From Eledone cirrhosa (lineage: Eukaryota), in NCBI GenBank assembly GCA_964016885.1, contig OZ024744.1, positions 3,534,001 to 3,598,000 on the forward strand: a stretch of DNA of 64,000 nucleotides, written 5' to 3'. Below the pieces are notes generated by a model. That model had not been told where the DNA came from. It did no database searches and worked only from the letters and a program-made list of their open reading frames with translations. Made by a program: the position numbers and the translations under genes. Positions within the stretch are counted from its first letter, which is position 1, and each line of letters opens with the position of its first letter. Below are positions 1 through 10,560 of the stretch, in pieces.

Positions 1-3000
1 GAACGAAGTTTTGAGGGAAGACATGGTAGAGAAAGATAGCTTGGTGAATAACGAAGTTTTGGGAGAAGACAAGGTAGAGAAAGATAGCTTGGTGAAGAAC
101 GACGTTTTGAGGGAAGACAAGGTAGAGAAAGATAGCTTGGTGAAGAACGAAGTTTTGGGGAAGACAATGTAGAGAAAGATAGCTTGGTGAAGAACGAAGT
201 TTTGGGGGAAGACAAGGTAGAGAAAGATAGCTTGGTGAAGAACGAAGTTTTGGGGGAAGACAAGGTAGAGAAAGATAGCTTGGTGAAGAACGACGTTTTG
301 AGGGAAGACAAGGTAGAGAAAGATAGCTTGGTGAAGAACGAAGTTTTGGGGAAGACAATGTAGAGAAAGATAGCTTGGTGAAGAACGAAGTTTTGGGGGA
401 AAACAAGGTAGAGAAAGATAGCTTGTTGAAGAACGAAGTTCTGAGGGAAGGCAAGGTAGAGAAAGATAGCTTGGTGAAGAACGAAGTTTTGGGAGAAGAC
501 AAGGTAGAGAAAGATATCTTGGTGAAGAACGAAGTTTTGACGGAAGACAAGGTAGAGAAAGATAGCTTGGTGAAGAATGACGTTTTGTGGGAAGACAAGG
601 TAGAGAAAGATAGCTTGGTGAAGAACGAAGTTTTGTGTGAAGACAAGCTAGAGAAAGATAGCTTGGTGAAGAACGAAGTTTTGTGGGAAGACAAGGTAGA
701 GAAAGATAGATTGGTGAAGAACGAAGTTTTGAGGGATGACAAGGTAGAGAAAGATGACTTGGTGAAGAACGAAGTTTTGGGTGAAGACAAGGTAGAGAAA
801 GATAGCTTGGTGAAGAACGAAGTTTTGGGGGAAGAGAAGGTAGAGAAAGATAGCTTGGTGAAGAACAAATTTTTGAGGGAAGACAAGGTAGAGAAAGATA
901 GCTTGGTGAATAACGAAGTTTTGGGAGAAGACAAGGTAGAGAAAGATAGCTTGGTGAATAACGAAGTTTTGGAAGAAGACAATGTAGAGAAAGATAGCTT
1001 GGTGAAGAACGAAGTTTTGGGGGAAGACAAGGTAGAGAAAGATAGCTTGGTGAAGAACGAAGTTCTGAGGGAAGACAAGGTAGAGAAAGATAGCTTGGTG
1101 AAGAACGAAGTTTTGGGAGAAGACAAGGTAGAGAAAGATATCTTGGTGAAGACGAAGTTTTGACGGAAGTCAAGGTAGAGAAAGATAGCTTGGTGAAGAA
1201 TGACGTTTTGTGGGAAGACAAGGTAGAGAAAGATAGGTTGGTGAAGAACGAAGTTTTGTGTGAAGACAAGCTAGAGAAAGATAGCTTGGTGAAGAACGAA
1301 GTTTTGGGGGAAGACAAGGTAGAGAAAGATAGATTGGTGAAGAACGAAGTTTTGAGGGATGACAAGGTAGAGAAAGATGACTTGGTGAAGAACGAAGTTT
1401 TGGGGGAAGACATGGTAGAGAAAGATAGCTTGGTGAAGAACGAAGTTTTGGAGGAAGACAAGGTAGAGAAAGATAGCTTGGTGTAAGAACGAAGTTTTGG
1501 GGGAAGACAAGGTAGAGAAAGATAGCTTGGTGAAGAACGAAGTTTTGAGGGAAGACAAGGTAGAGAAAGATAGCTTGGTGAATAACGAAGTTTTGGGAGA
1601 AGACAAGGTAGAGAAAGATAGCTTGGTGAAGAACGATGTTTTGAGGGAAGACAAGGTAGAGAAAGATAGCTTGGTGAAGAACGACGTTTTGAGGGAAGAC
1701 AAGGTAGAGAAAGATAGCTTGGTGAAGAACGACGTTTTGTGGGAAGACAAGGTAGATAAAGATAGCTTGGTGAAGAACGAAGTTTTGGGGGAAGACAAGG
1801 TAGAGAAAGATAGCTTGCGAAGAACGAAGTTTTGGGGGAAGACAAGGTAGAGAAAGATAGCTTGGTGAAGAACGAAGTTTTGGGGGAGGACAAGGTAGAG
1901 AAAGATAGCTTGGTGAAGAACGACGTTTTGAGGGAAGACAAGGTAGAGAAAGATAGCTTGGTGAAGAACGACGTTTTGAGGGAAGACAAGGTAGAGAAAG
2001 ATAGGTTGGTGAAGAACGAAGTTTTGTGTGAAGACAAGCTAGAGAAAGATAGCTTGGTGAAGAACGAAGTTTTGGGGGAAGACAAGGTAGAGAAAGATAG
2101 CTTGGTGAACAACGAAGTTCTGGGGGAAGACAAGGTAGAAAAAGATAGCTTGGTAAAGAACGAAGTTTTGGGGAAAACAATGTAGAGAAAGATATCTTGG
2201 TGAAGAACGAAGTTTTGGGGGAAGACAAGGTGGAGAAAGATAGCTTGGTGAAGAACGAAGTTTTGAGGGAAGACAAGGTAGAGAAAGATAGCTTGGTGAA
2301 TAACGAAGTTTTGGGAGAAGACAAGGTAGAGAAAGATAGCTTGGTGAAGAACGACGTTTTGAGGGAAGACAAGGTAGAGAAAGATAGCTTGGTGAAGAAC
2401 GAAGTTTTGGGGAAGACAATGTAGAGAAAGATAGCTTGGTGAAGAACGAAGTTTTGGGGGAAGACAAGGTAGAGAAAGATAGCTTGGTGAAGAACGAAGT
2501 TTTGGGGGAAGACAAGGTAGAGAAAGATAGCTTGGTGAAGAACGACGTTTTGAGGGAAGACAAGGTAGAGAAAGATAGCTTGGTGAAGAACGAAGTTTTG
2601 GGGAAGACAATGTAGAGAAAGATAGCTTGGTGAAGAACGAAGTTTTGGGGGAAAACAAGGTAGAGAAAGATAGCTTGTTGAAGAACGAAGTTCTGAGGGA
2701 AGGCAAGGTAGAGAAAGATAGCTTGGTGAAGAACGAAGTTTTGGGAGAAGACAAGGTAGAGAAAGATATCTTGGTGAAGAACGAAGTTTTGACGGAAGAC
2801 AAGGTAGAGAAAGATAGCTTGGTGAACAACGAAGTTCTGGGGGAAGACAAGGTAGAAAAATATAGCTTGGTAAAGAACGAAGTTTTGGGGAAAACAACGT
2901 AGAGAAAGATATCTTGGTGAAGAACGAAGTTTTGGGGGAAGACAAGGTGGAGAAAGATAGCTTGGTGAAGAACGAAGTTTTGAGGGAAGACATGGTAGAG

Positions 3001-5795
3001 AAAGATAGCTTGGTGAATAACGAAGTTTTGGGAGAAGACAAGGTAGAGAAAGATAGCTTGGTGAAGAACGACGTTTTGAGGGAAGACAAGGTAGAGAAAG
3101 ATAGCTTGGTGAAGAACGAAGTTTTGGGGAAGACAATGTAGAGAAAGATAGCTTGGTGAAGAACGAAGTTTTGGGGGAAGACAAGGTAGAGAAAGATAGC
3201 TTGGTGAAGAACGAAGTTTTGGGGGAAGACAAGGTAGAGAAAGATAGCTTGGTGAAGAACGACGTTTTGAGGGAAGACAAGGTAGAGAAAGATAGCTTGG
3301 TGAAGAACGAAGTTTTGGGGAAGACAATGTAGAGAAAGATAGCTTGGTGAAGAACGAAGTTTTGGGGGAAAACAAGGTAGAGAAAGATAGCTTGTTGAAG
3401 AACGAAGTTCTGAGGGAAGGCAAGGTAGAGAAAGATAGCTTGGTGAAGAACGAAGTTTTGGGAGAAGACAAGGTAGAGAAAGATATCTTGGTGAAGAACG
3501 AAGTTTTGACGGAAGACAAGGTAGAGAAAGATAGCTTGGTGAAGAATGACGTTTTGTGGGAAGACAAGGTAGAGAAAGATAGCTTGGTGAAGAACGAAGT
3601 TTTGTGTGAAGACAAGCTAGAGAAAGATAGCTTGGTGAAGAACGAAGTTTTGTGGGAAGACAAGGTAGAGAAAGATAGATTGGTGAAGAACGAAGTTTTG
3701 AGGGATGACAAGGTAGAGAAAGATGACTTGGTGAAGAACGAAGTTTTGGGTGAAGACAAGGTAGAGAAAGATAGCTTGGTGAAGAACGAAGTTTTGGGGG
3801 AAGAGAAGGTAGAGAAAGATAGCTTGGTGAAGAACAAATTTTTGAGGGAAGACAAGGTAGAGAAAGATAGCTTGGTGAATAACGAAGTTTTGGGAGAAGA
3901 CAAGGTAGAGAAAGATAGCTTGGTGAATAACGAAGTTTTGGAAGAAGACAATGTAGAGAAAGATAGCTTGGTGAAGAACGAAGTTTTGGGGGAAGACAAG
4001 GTAGAGAAAGATAGCTTGGTGAAGAACGAAGTTCTGAGGGAAGACAAGGTAGAGAAAGATAGCTTGGTGAAGAACGAAGTTTTGGGAGAAGACAAGGTAG
4101 AGAAAGATATCTTGGTGAAGACGAAGTTTTGACGGAAGTCAAGGTAGAGAAAGATAGCTTGGTGAAGAATGACGTTTTGTGGGAAGACAAGGTAGAGAAA
4201 GATAGGTTGGTGAAGAACGAAGTTTTGTGTGAAGACAAGCTAGAGAAAGATAGCTTGGTGAAGAACGAAGTTTTGGGGGAAGACAAGGTAGAGAAAGATA
4301 GATTGGTGAAGAACGAAGTTTTGAGGGATGACAAGGTAGAGAAAGATGACTTGGTGAAGAACGAAGTTTTGGGGGAAGACATGGTAGAGAAAGATAGCTT
4401 GGTGAAGAACGAAGTTTTGGAGGAAGACAAGGTAGAGAAAGATAGCTTGGTGTAAGAACGAAGTTTTGGGGGAAGACAAGGTAGAGAAAGATAGCTTGGT
4501 GAAGAACGAAGTTTTGAGGGAAGACAAGGTAGAGAAAGATAGCTTGGTGAATAACGAAGTTTTGGGAGAAGACAAGGTAGAGAAAGATAGCTTGGTGAAG
4601 AACGATGTTTTGAGGGAAGACAAGGTAGAGAAAGATAGCTTGGTGAAGAACGACGTTTTGAGGGAAGACAAGGTAGAGAAAGATAGCTTGGTGAAGAACG
4701 ACGTTTTGTGGGAAGACAAGGTAGATAAAGATAGCTTGGTGAAGAACGAAGTTTTGGGGGAAGACAAGGTAGAGAAAGATAGCTTGCGAAGAACGAAGTT
4801 TTGGGGGAAGACAAGGTAGAGAAAGATAGCTTGGTGAAGAACGAAGTTTTGGGGGAGGACAAGGTAGAGAAAGATAGCTTGGTGAAGAACGACGTTTTGA
4901 GGGAAGACAAGGTAGAGAAAGATAGCTTGGTGAAGAACGACGTTTTGAGGGAAGACAAGGTAGAGAAAGATAGGTTGGTGAAGAACGAAGTTTTGTGTGA
5001 AGACAAGCTAGAGAAAGATAGCTTGGTGAAGAACGAAGTTTTGGGGGAAGACAAGGTAGAGAAAGATAGCTTGGTGAACAACGAAGTTCTGGGGGAAGAC
5101 AAGGTAGAAAAAGATAGCTTGGTAAAGAACGAAGTTTTGGGGAAAACAATGTAGAGAAAGATATCTTGGTGAAGAACGAAGTTTTGGGGGAAGACAAGGT
5201 GGAGAAAGATAGCTTGGTGAAGAACGAAGTTTTGAGGGAAGACAAGGTAGAGAAAGATAGCTTGGTGAATAACGAAGTTTTGGGAGAAGACAAGGTAGAG
5301 AAAGATAGCTTGGTGAAGAACGACGTTTTGAGGGAAGACAAGGTAGAGAAAGATAGCTTGGTGAAGAACGAAGTTTTGGGGAAGACAATGTAGAGAAAGA
5401 TAGCTTGGTGAAGAACGAAGTTTTGGGGGAAGACAAGGTAGAGAAAGATAGCTTGGTGAAGAACGAAGTTTTGGGGGAAGACAAGGTAGAGAAAGATAGC
5501 TTGGTGAAGAACGACGTTTTGAGGGAAGACAAGGTAGAGAAAGATAGCTTGGTGAAGAACGAAGTTTTGGGGAAGACAATGTAGAGAAAGATAGCTTGGT
5601 GAAGAACGAAGTTTTGGGGGAAAACAAGGTAGAGAAAGATAGCTTGTTGAAGAACGAAGTTCTGAGGGAAGGCAAGGTAGAGAAAGATAGCTTGGTGAAG
5701 AACGAAGTTTTGGGAGAAGACAAGGTAGAGAAAGATATCTTGGTGAAGAACGAAGTTTTGACGGAAGACAAGGTAGAGAAAGATAGCTTGGTGAA
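1..5795. repeat. Higher-order duplication, offset 2969 bp (62 monomers), built from a 2252-bp unit plus a 717-bp local duplication
   Basis: Identical ORF pairs sit at offset 2969 (375/3344, 1160/4129, 1497/4466, 1832/4801, 2197/5166). The rare ACATGG variant (~21 and ~2990) and a T insertion (1484 and 4453) are shared. Offsets 2252 (375/2627, 3344/5596) and 717 (2197/2914, 2627/3344) are also present. The copies diverge at 2827/5796. Confidence 0.9.
142..188 (+). repeat. Representative 47-bp variant monomer (G5->G4 plus AAGG->AATG)
   Basis: Sequence GAAGAACGAAGTTTTGGGGAAGACAATGTAGAGAAAGATAGCTTGGT. The variant recurs throughout the window and ends most plus-strand ORFs in ...LGKTM*. Confidence 0.95.
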
Positions 5796-6189
5796 GAATG
5801 ACGTTTTGTGGGAAGACAAGGTAGAGAAAGATAGCTTGGTGAAGAACGAAGTTTTGTGTGAAGACAAGCTAGAGAAAGATAGCTTGGTGAAGAACGAAGT
5901 TTTGTGGGAAGACAAGGTAGAGAAAGATAGATTGGTGAAGAACGAAGTTTTGAGGGATGACAAGGTAGAGAAAGATGACTTGGTGAAGAACGAAGTTTTG
6001 GGTGAAGACAAGGTAGAGAAAGATAGCTTGGTGAAGAACGAAGTTTTGGGGGAAGAGAAGGTAGAGAAAGATAGCTTGGTGAAGAACAAATTTTTGAGGG
6101 AAGACAAGGTAGAGAAAGATAGCTTGGTGAATAACGAAGTTTTGGGAGAAGACAAGGTAGAGAAAGATAGCTTGGTGAATAACGAAGTT

Positions 6190-6760
6190 TTGGGAGAAGA
6201 CAATGTAGAGAAAGATAGCTTGGTGAAGAAGGAAGTTTTGGGGGAAGACAAGGTAGAGAAAGATAGCTTGGTGAAGAACGAAGTTCTGAGGGAAGACAAG
6301 GTAGAGAAAGATAGCTTGGTGAAGAACGAAGTTTTGGGAGAAGACAAGGTAGAGAAAGATATCTTGGTGAAGACGAAGTTTTGACGGAAGTCAAGGTAGA
6401 GAAAGATAGCTTGGTGAAGAATGACGTTTTGTGGGAAGACAAGGTAGAGAAAGATAGGTTGGTGAAGAACGAAGTTTTGGGAGAAGACAATGTAGAGAAA
6501 GATAGCTTGGTGAAGAAGGAAGTTTTGGGGGAAGACAAGGTAGAGAAAGATAGCTTGGTGAAGAACGAAGTTCTGAGGGAAGACAAGGTAGAGAAAGATA
6601 GCTTGGTGAAGAACGAAGTTTTGGGAGAAGACAAGGTAGAGAAAGATATCTTGGTGAAGACGAAGTTTTGACGGAAGTCAAGGTAGAGAAAGATAGCTTG
6701 GTGAAGAATGACGTTTTGTGGGAAGACAAGGTAGAGAAAGATAGGTTGGTGAAGAACGAA
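6190..6760. repeat. Local tandem duplication of 287 bp (6 monomers)
   Basis: ORF starts 6381 and 6668 differ by 287. The private variants AAGAAGGAAG and GTGAAGACGAAG/GGAAGTC repeat at that spacing. Confidence 0.85.
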
Positions 6761-6989
6761 GTTTTGTGTGAAGACAAGCTAGAGAAAGATAGCTTGGTGA
6801 AGAACGAAGTTTTGGGGGAAGACAAGGTAGAGAAAGATAGATTGGTGAAGAACGAAGTTTTGAGGGATGACAAGGTAGAGAAAGATGACTTGGTGAAGAA
6901 CGAAGTTTTGGGGGAAGACATGGTAGAGAAAGATAGCTTGGTGAAGAACGAAGTTTTGGAGGAAGACAAGGTAGAGAAAGATAGCTTGG

Positions 6990-9900
6990 TGAAGAACGAA
7001 GTTTTGGGGGAAGACAAGGTAGAGAAAGATAGCTTGGTGAAGAACGAAGTTTTGAGGGAAGACAAGGTAGAGAAAGATAGCTTGGTGAATAACGAAGTTT
7101 TGGGAGAAGACAAGGTAGAGAAAGATAGCTTGGTGAAGAACGATGTTTTGAGGGAAGACAAGGTAGAGAAAGATAGCTTGGTGAAGAACGACGTTTTGAG
7201 GGAAGACAAGGTAGAGAAAGATAGCTTGGTGAAGAACGACGTTTTGTGGGAAGACAAGGTAGATAAAGATAGCTTGGTGAAGAACGAAGTTTTGGGGGAA
7301 GACAAGGTAGAGAAAGATAGCTTGCGAAGAACGAAGTTTTGGGGGAAGACAAGGTAGAGAAAGATAGCTTGGTGAAGAACGAAGTTTTGGGGGAGGACAA
7401 GGTAGAGAAAGATAGCTTGGTGAAGAACGACGTTTTGAGGGAAGACAAGGTAGAGAAAGATAGCTTGGTGAAGAACGAAGTTTTGACGGAAGACAAGGTA
7501 GAGAAAGATAGCTTGGTGAAGAATGACGTTTTGTGGGAAGACAAGGTAGAGAAAGATAGCTTGGTGAAGATCGAAGTTTTGAGGGAAGACAAGGTAGAGA
7601 AAGATAGCTTGGTGAATAACGAAGTTTTGGGGAAGACAATGTAGAGAAAGATATATTGGTGAAGAACGAAGTTTTGGGGGAAGACAAGGTAGAGAAAGAT
7701 AGCTTGGTGAAGAACGAAGTTTTGAGGGAAGACAAGGTAGAGAAAGATAGCTTGGTGAATAACGAAGTTTTAGGAGAAGACAAGGTAGAGAAAGATAGCT
7801 TGGTGAAGAACGACGTTTTGAGGGAAGACAAGGTAGAGAAAGATAGCTTGGTGAAGAACGAAGTTTTGGGGAAGACAATGTAGAGAAAGATAGCTTGGTG
7901 AAGAACGAAGTTTTGGGGGAAGACAAGGTAGAGAAAGATAGCTTGGTGAAGAACGAAGTTTTGGGGGAAGACAAGGTAGAGAAAGATAGCTTGGTGAAGA
8001 ACGACGTTTTGAGGGAAGACAAGGTAGAGAAAGATAGCTTGGTGAAGAACGAAGTTATGGGGAAGACAATGTAGAGAAAGATAGCTTGGTGAAGAACGAA
8101 GTTTTGGGGGAAGACAAGGTAGAGAAAGATAGCTTGGTGAAGAACGAAGTTCTGAGGGAAGACAAGGTAGAGAAAGATAGCTTGGTGAAGAACGAAGTTT
8201 TGGGAGAAGACAAGGTAGAGAAAGATATCTTGGTGAAGAACGAAGTTTTGACGGAAGACAAGGTAGAGAAAGATAGCTTGGTGAAGAATGACGTTTTGTG
8301 GGAAGACACGGTAGAGAAAGATAGGTTGGTGAAGAACGAAGTTTTCTGTGAAGACAAGCTAGAGAAAGATAGCTTGGTGAAGAACGAAGTTTTGGGGGAA
8401 GACAAGGTAGAGAAAGATAGATTGGTGAAGAACGAAGTTTTGAGGGATGACAAGGTAGAGAAAGATGACTTGGTGAAGAACGAAGTTTTGGGGGAAGACA
8501 AGGTAGAGAAAGATAGCTTGGTGAAGAACGAAGTTTTGGGGGAAGACAAGGTAGAGAAAGATAGCTTGGTGAAGAACGAAGTTTTGAGGGAAGACAAGGT
8601 AGAGAAAGATAGCTTGGTGAATAACGAAGTTTTGGGAGAAGACAAGGTAGAGAAAGATAGCTTGGTGAAGAACGATGTTTTGAGGGAAGACAAGGTAGAG
8701 AAAGATAGCTTGGTGAAGAACGACGTTTTGAGGGAAGACAAGGTAGAGAAAGATAGCTTGGTGAAGAACGAAGTTTTGAGGGAAGACAAGGTAGAGAAAG
8801 ATAGCTTGGTGAATAACGAAGTTTTGGGAGAAGACAAGGTAGAGAAAGATAGCTTGGTGAAGAACGATGTTTTGAGGGAAGACAAGGTAGAGAAAGATAG
8901 CTTGGTGAAGAACGACGTTTTGAGGGAAGACAAGGTAGAGAAAGATAGCTTGGTGAAGAACGACGTTTTGTGGGAAGACAAGGTAGATAAAGATAGCTTG
9001 GTGAAGAACGAAGTTTTGGGGGAAGACAAGGTAGAGAAAGATAGCTTGCGAAGAACGAAGTTTTGGGGGAAGACAAGGTAGAGAAAGATAGCTTGGTGAA
9101 GAACGAAGTTTTGGGGGAGGACAAGGTAGAGAAAGATAGCTTGGTGAAGAACGACGTTTTGAGGGAAGACAAGGTAGAGAAAGATAGCTTGGTGAAGAAC
9201 GAAGTTTTGACGGAAGACAAGGTAGAGAAAGATAGCTTGGTGAAGAATGACGTTTTGTGGGAAGACAAGGTAGAGAAAGATAGCTTGGTTAAGATCGAAG
9301 TTTTGAGGGAAGACAAGGTAGAGAAAGATAGCTTGGTGAATAACGAAGTTTTGGGGAAGACAATGTAGAGAAAGATATATTGGTGAAGAACGAAGTTTTG
9401 GGGGAAGACAAGGTAGAGAAAGATAGCTTGGTGAAGAACGAAGTTTTGAGGGAAGACAAGGTAGAGAAAGATAGCTTGGTGAATAACGAAGTTTTGGGAG
9501 AAGACAAGGTAGAGAAAGATAGCTTGGTGAAGAACGACGTTTTGAGGGAAGACAAGGTAGAGAAAGATAGCTTGGTGAAGAACTAAGTTTTGGGGAAGAC
9601 AATGTAGAGAAAGATAGCTTGGTGAAGAACGAAGTTTTGGGGGAAGACAAGGTAGAGAAAGATAGCTTGGTGAAGAACGAAGTTTTGGGGGAAGACAAGG
9701 TAGAGAAAGATAGCTTGGTGAAGAACGACGTTTTGAGGGAAGACAAGGTAGAGAAAGATAGCTTGGTGAAGAACGAAGTTATGGGGAAGACAATGTAGAG
9801 AAAGATAGCTTGGTGAAGAACGAAGTTTTGGGGGAAGACAAGGTAGAGAAAGATAGCTTGGTGAAGAACGAAGTTCTGAGGGAAGACAAGGTAGAGAAAG

Positions 9901-10560
9901 ATAGCTTGGTGAAGAACGAAGTTTTGGGAGAAGACAAGGTAGAGAAAGATATCTTGGTGAAGAACGAAGTTTTGACGGAAGACAAGGTAGAGAAAGATAG
10001 CTTGGTGAAGAATGACGTTTTGTGGGAAGACACGGTAGAGAAAGATAGGTTGGTGAAGAACGAAGTTTTCTGTGAAGACAAGCTAGAGAAAGATAGCTTG
10101 GTGAAGAACGAAGTTTTGGGGGAAGACAAGGTAGAGAAAGATAGATTGGTGAAGAACGAAGTTTTGAGGGATGACAAGGTAGAGAAAGATGACTTGGTGA
10201 AGAACGAAGTTTTGGGGGAAGACAAGGTAGAGAAAGATAGCTTGGGGAAGAACGAAGTTTTGGGGGAAGACAAGGTAGAGAAAGATAGCTTGGTGAAGAA
10301 CGAAGTTTTGAGGGAAGACAAGGTAGAGAAAGATAGCTTGGTGAATAACGAAGTTTTGGGAGAAGACAAGGTAGAGAAAGATAGCTTGGTGAAGAACGAT
10401 GTTTTGAGGGAAGACAAGGTAGAGAAAGATAGCTTGGTGAAGAACGACGTTTTGAGGGAAGACAAGGTAGAGAAAGATAGCTTGGTGAAGAACGACGTTT
10501 TGTGGGAAGACAAGGTAGAGAAAGATAGCTTGGTGAAGAACGAAGTTTTGGGGGAAGACA
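6990..10560. repeat. Higher-order duplication, offset 1724 bp (36 monomers)
   Basis: ORF pairs 7339/9063, 7656/9380 and 8086/9810. Shared private variants are AAGATCGAAG, GACACGG and TTTTCTGTG. Boundaries are approximate. Confidence 0.85.

Noticed and set aside
152-172. Programmed -1 frameshift at T TTG GGG restoring the plus frame in 47-bp monomers
   Set aside because: A -1 slip would restore the frame, but the same heptamer occurs in normal GGG monomers, where slipping would destroy the frame. Y=G is non-canonical, I saw no stimulatory structure, and the other deletion types lack such a site.
189-200. CENP-B box on the minus strand (CTTCGTT)
   Set aside because: Only the first 7 nt match. 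The essential A..CGGG half of the TTCG....A..CGGG core is absent.
214-222. AAG|GTAGAG as a repeated splice donor that could repair frames
   Set aside because: It mismatches the +4/+5 consensus, and the purine-rich strand has no polypyrimidine tract or credible acceptor.
204-260. Canonical G-quadruplex array
   Set aside because: There is at most one run of three or more G per 48 bp, with ~43-nt loops, and it is often broken by variants. At best weak two-tier structures could form.
430-442. Palindromic regulator site (LexA GAAC-N4-GTTC, steroid receptor or heat-shock element)
   Set aside because: The half-site spacing is wrong (N3), the motif exists only in a minority variant, and there is no gene nearby.
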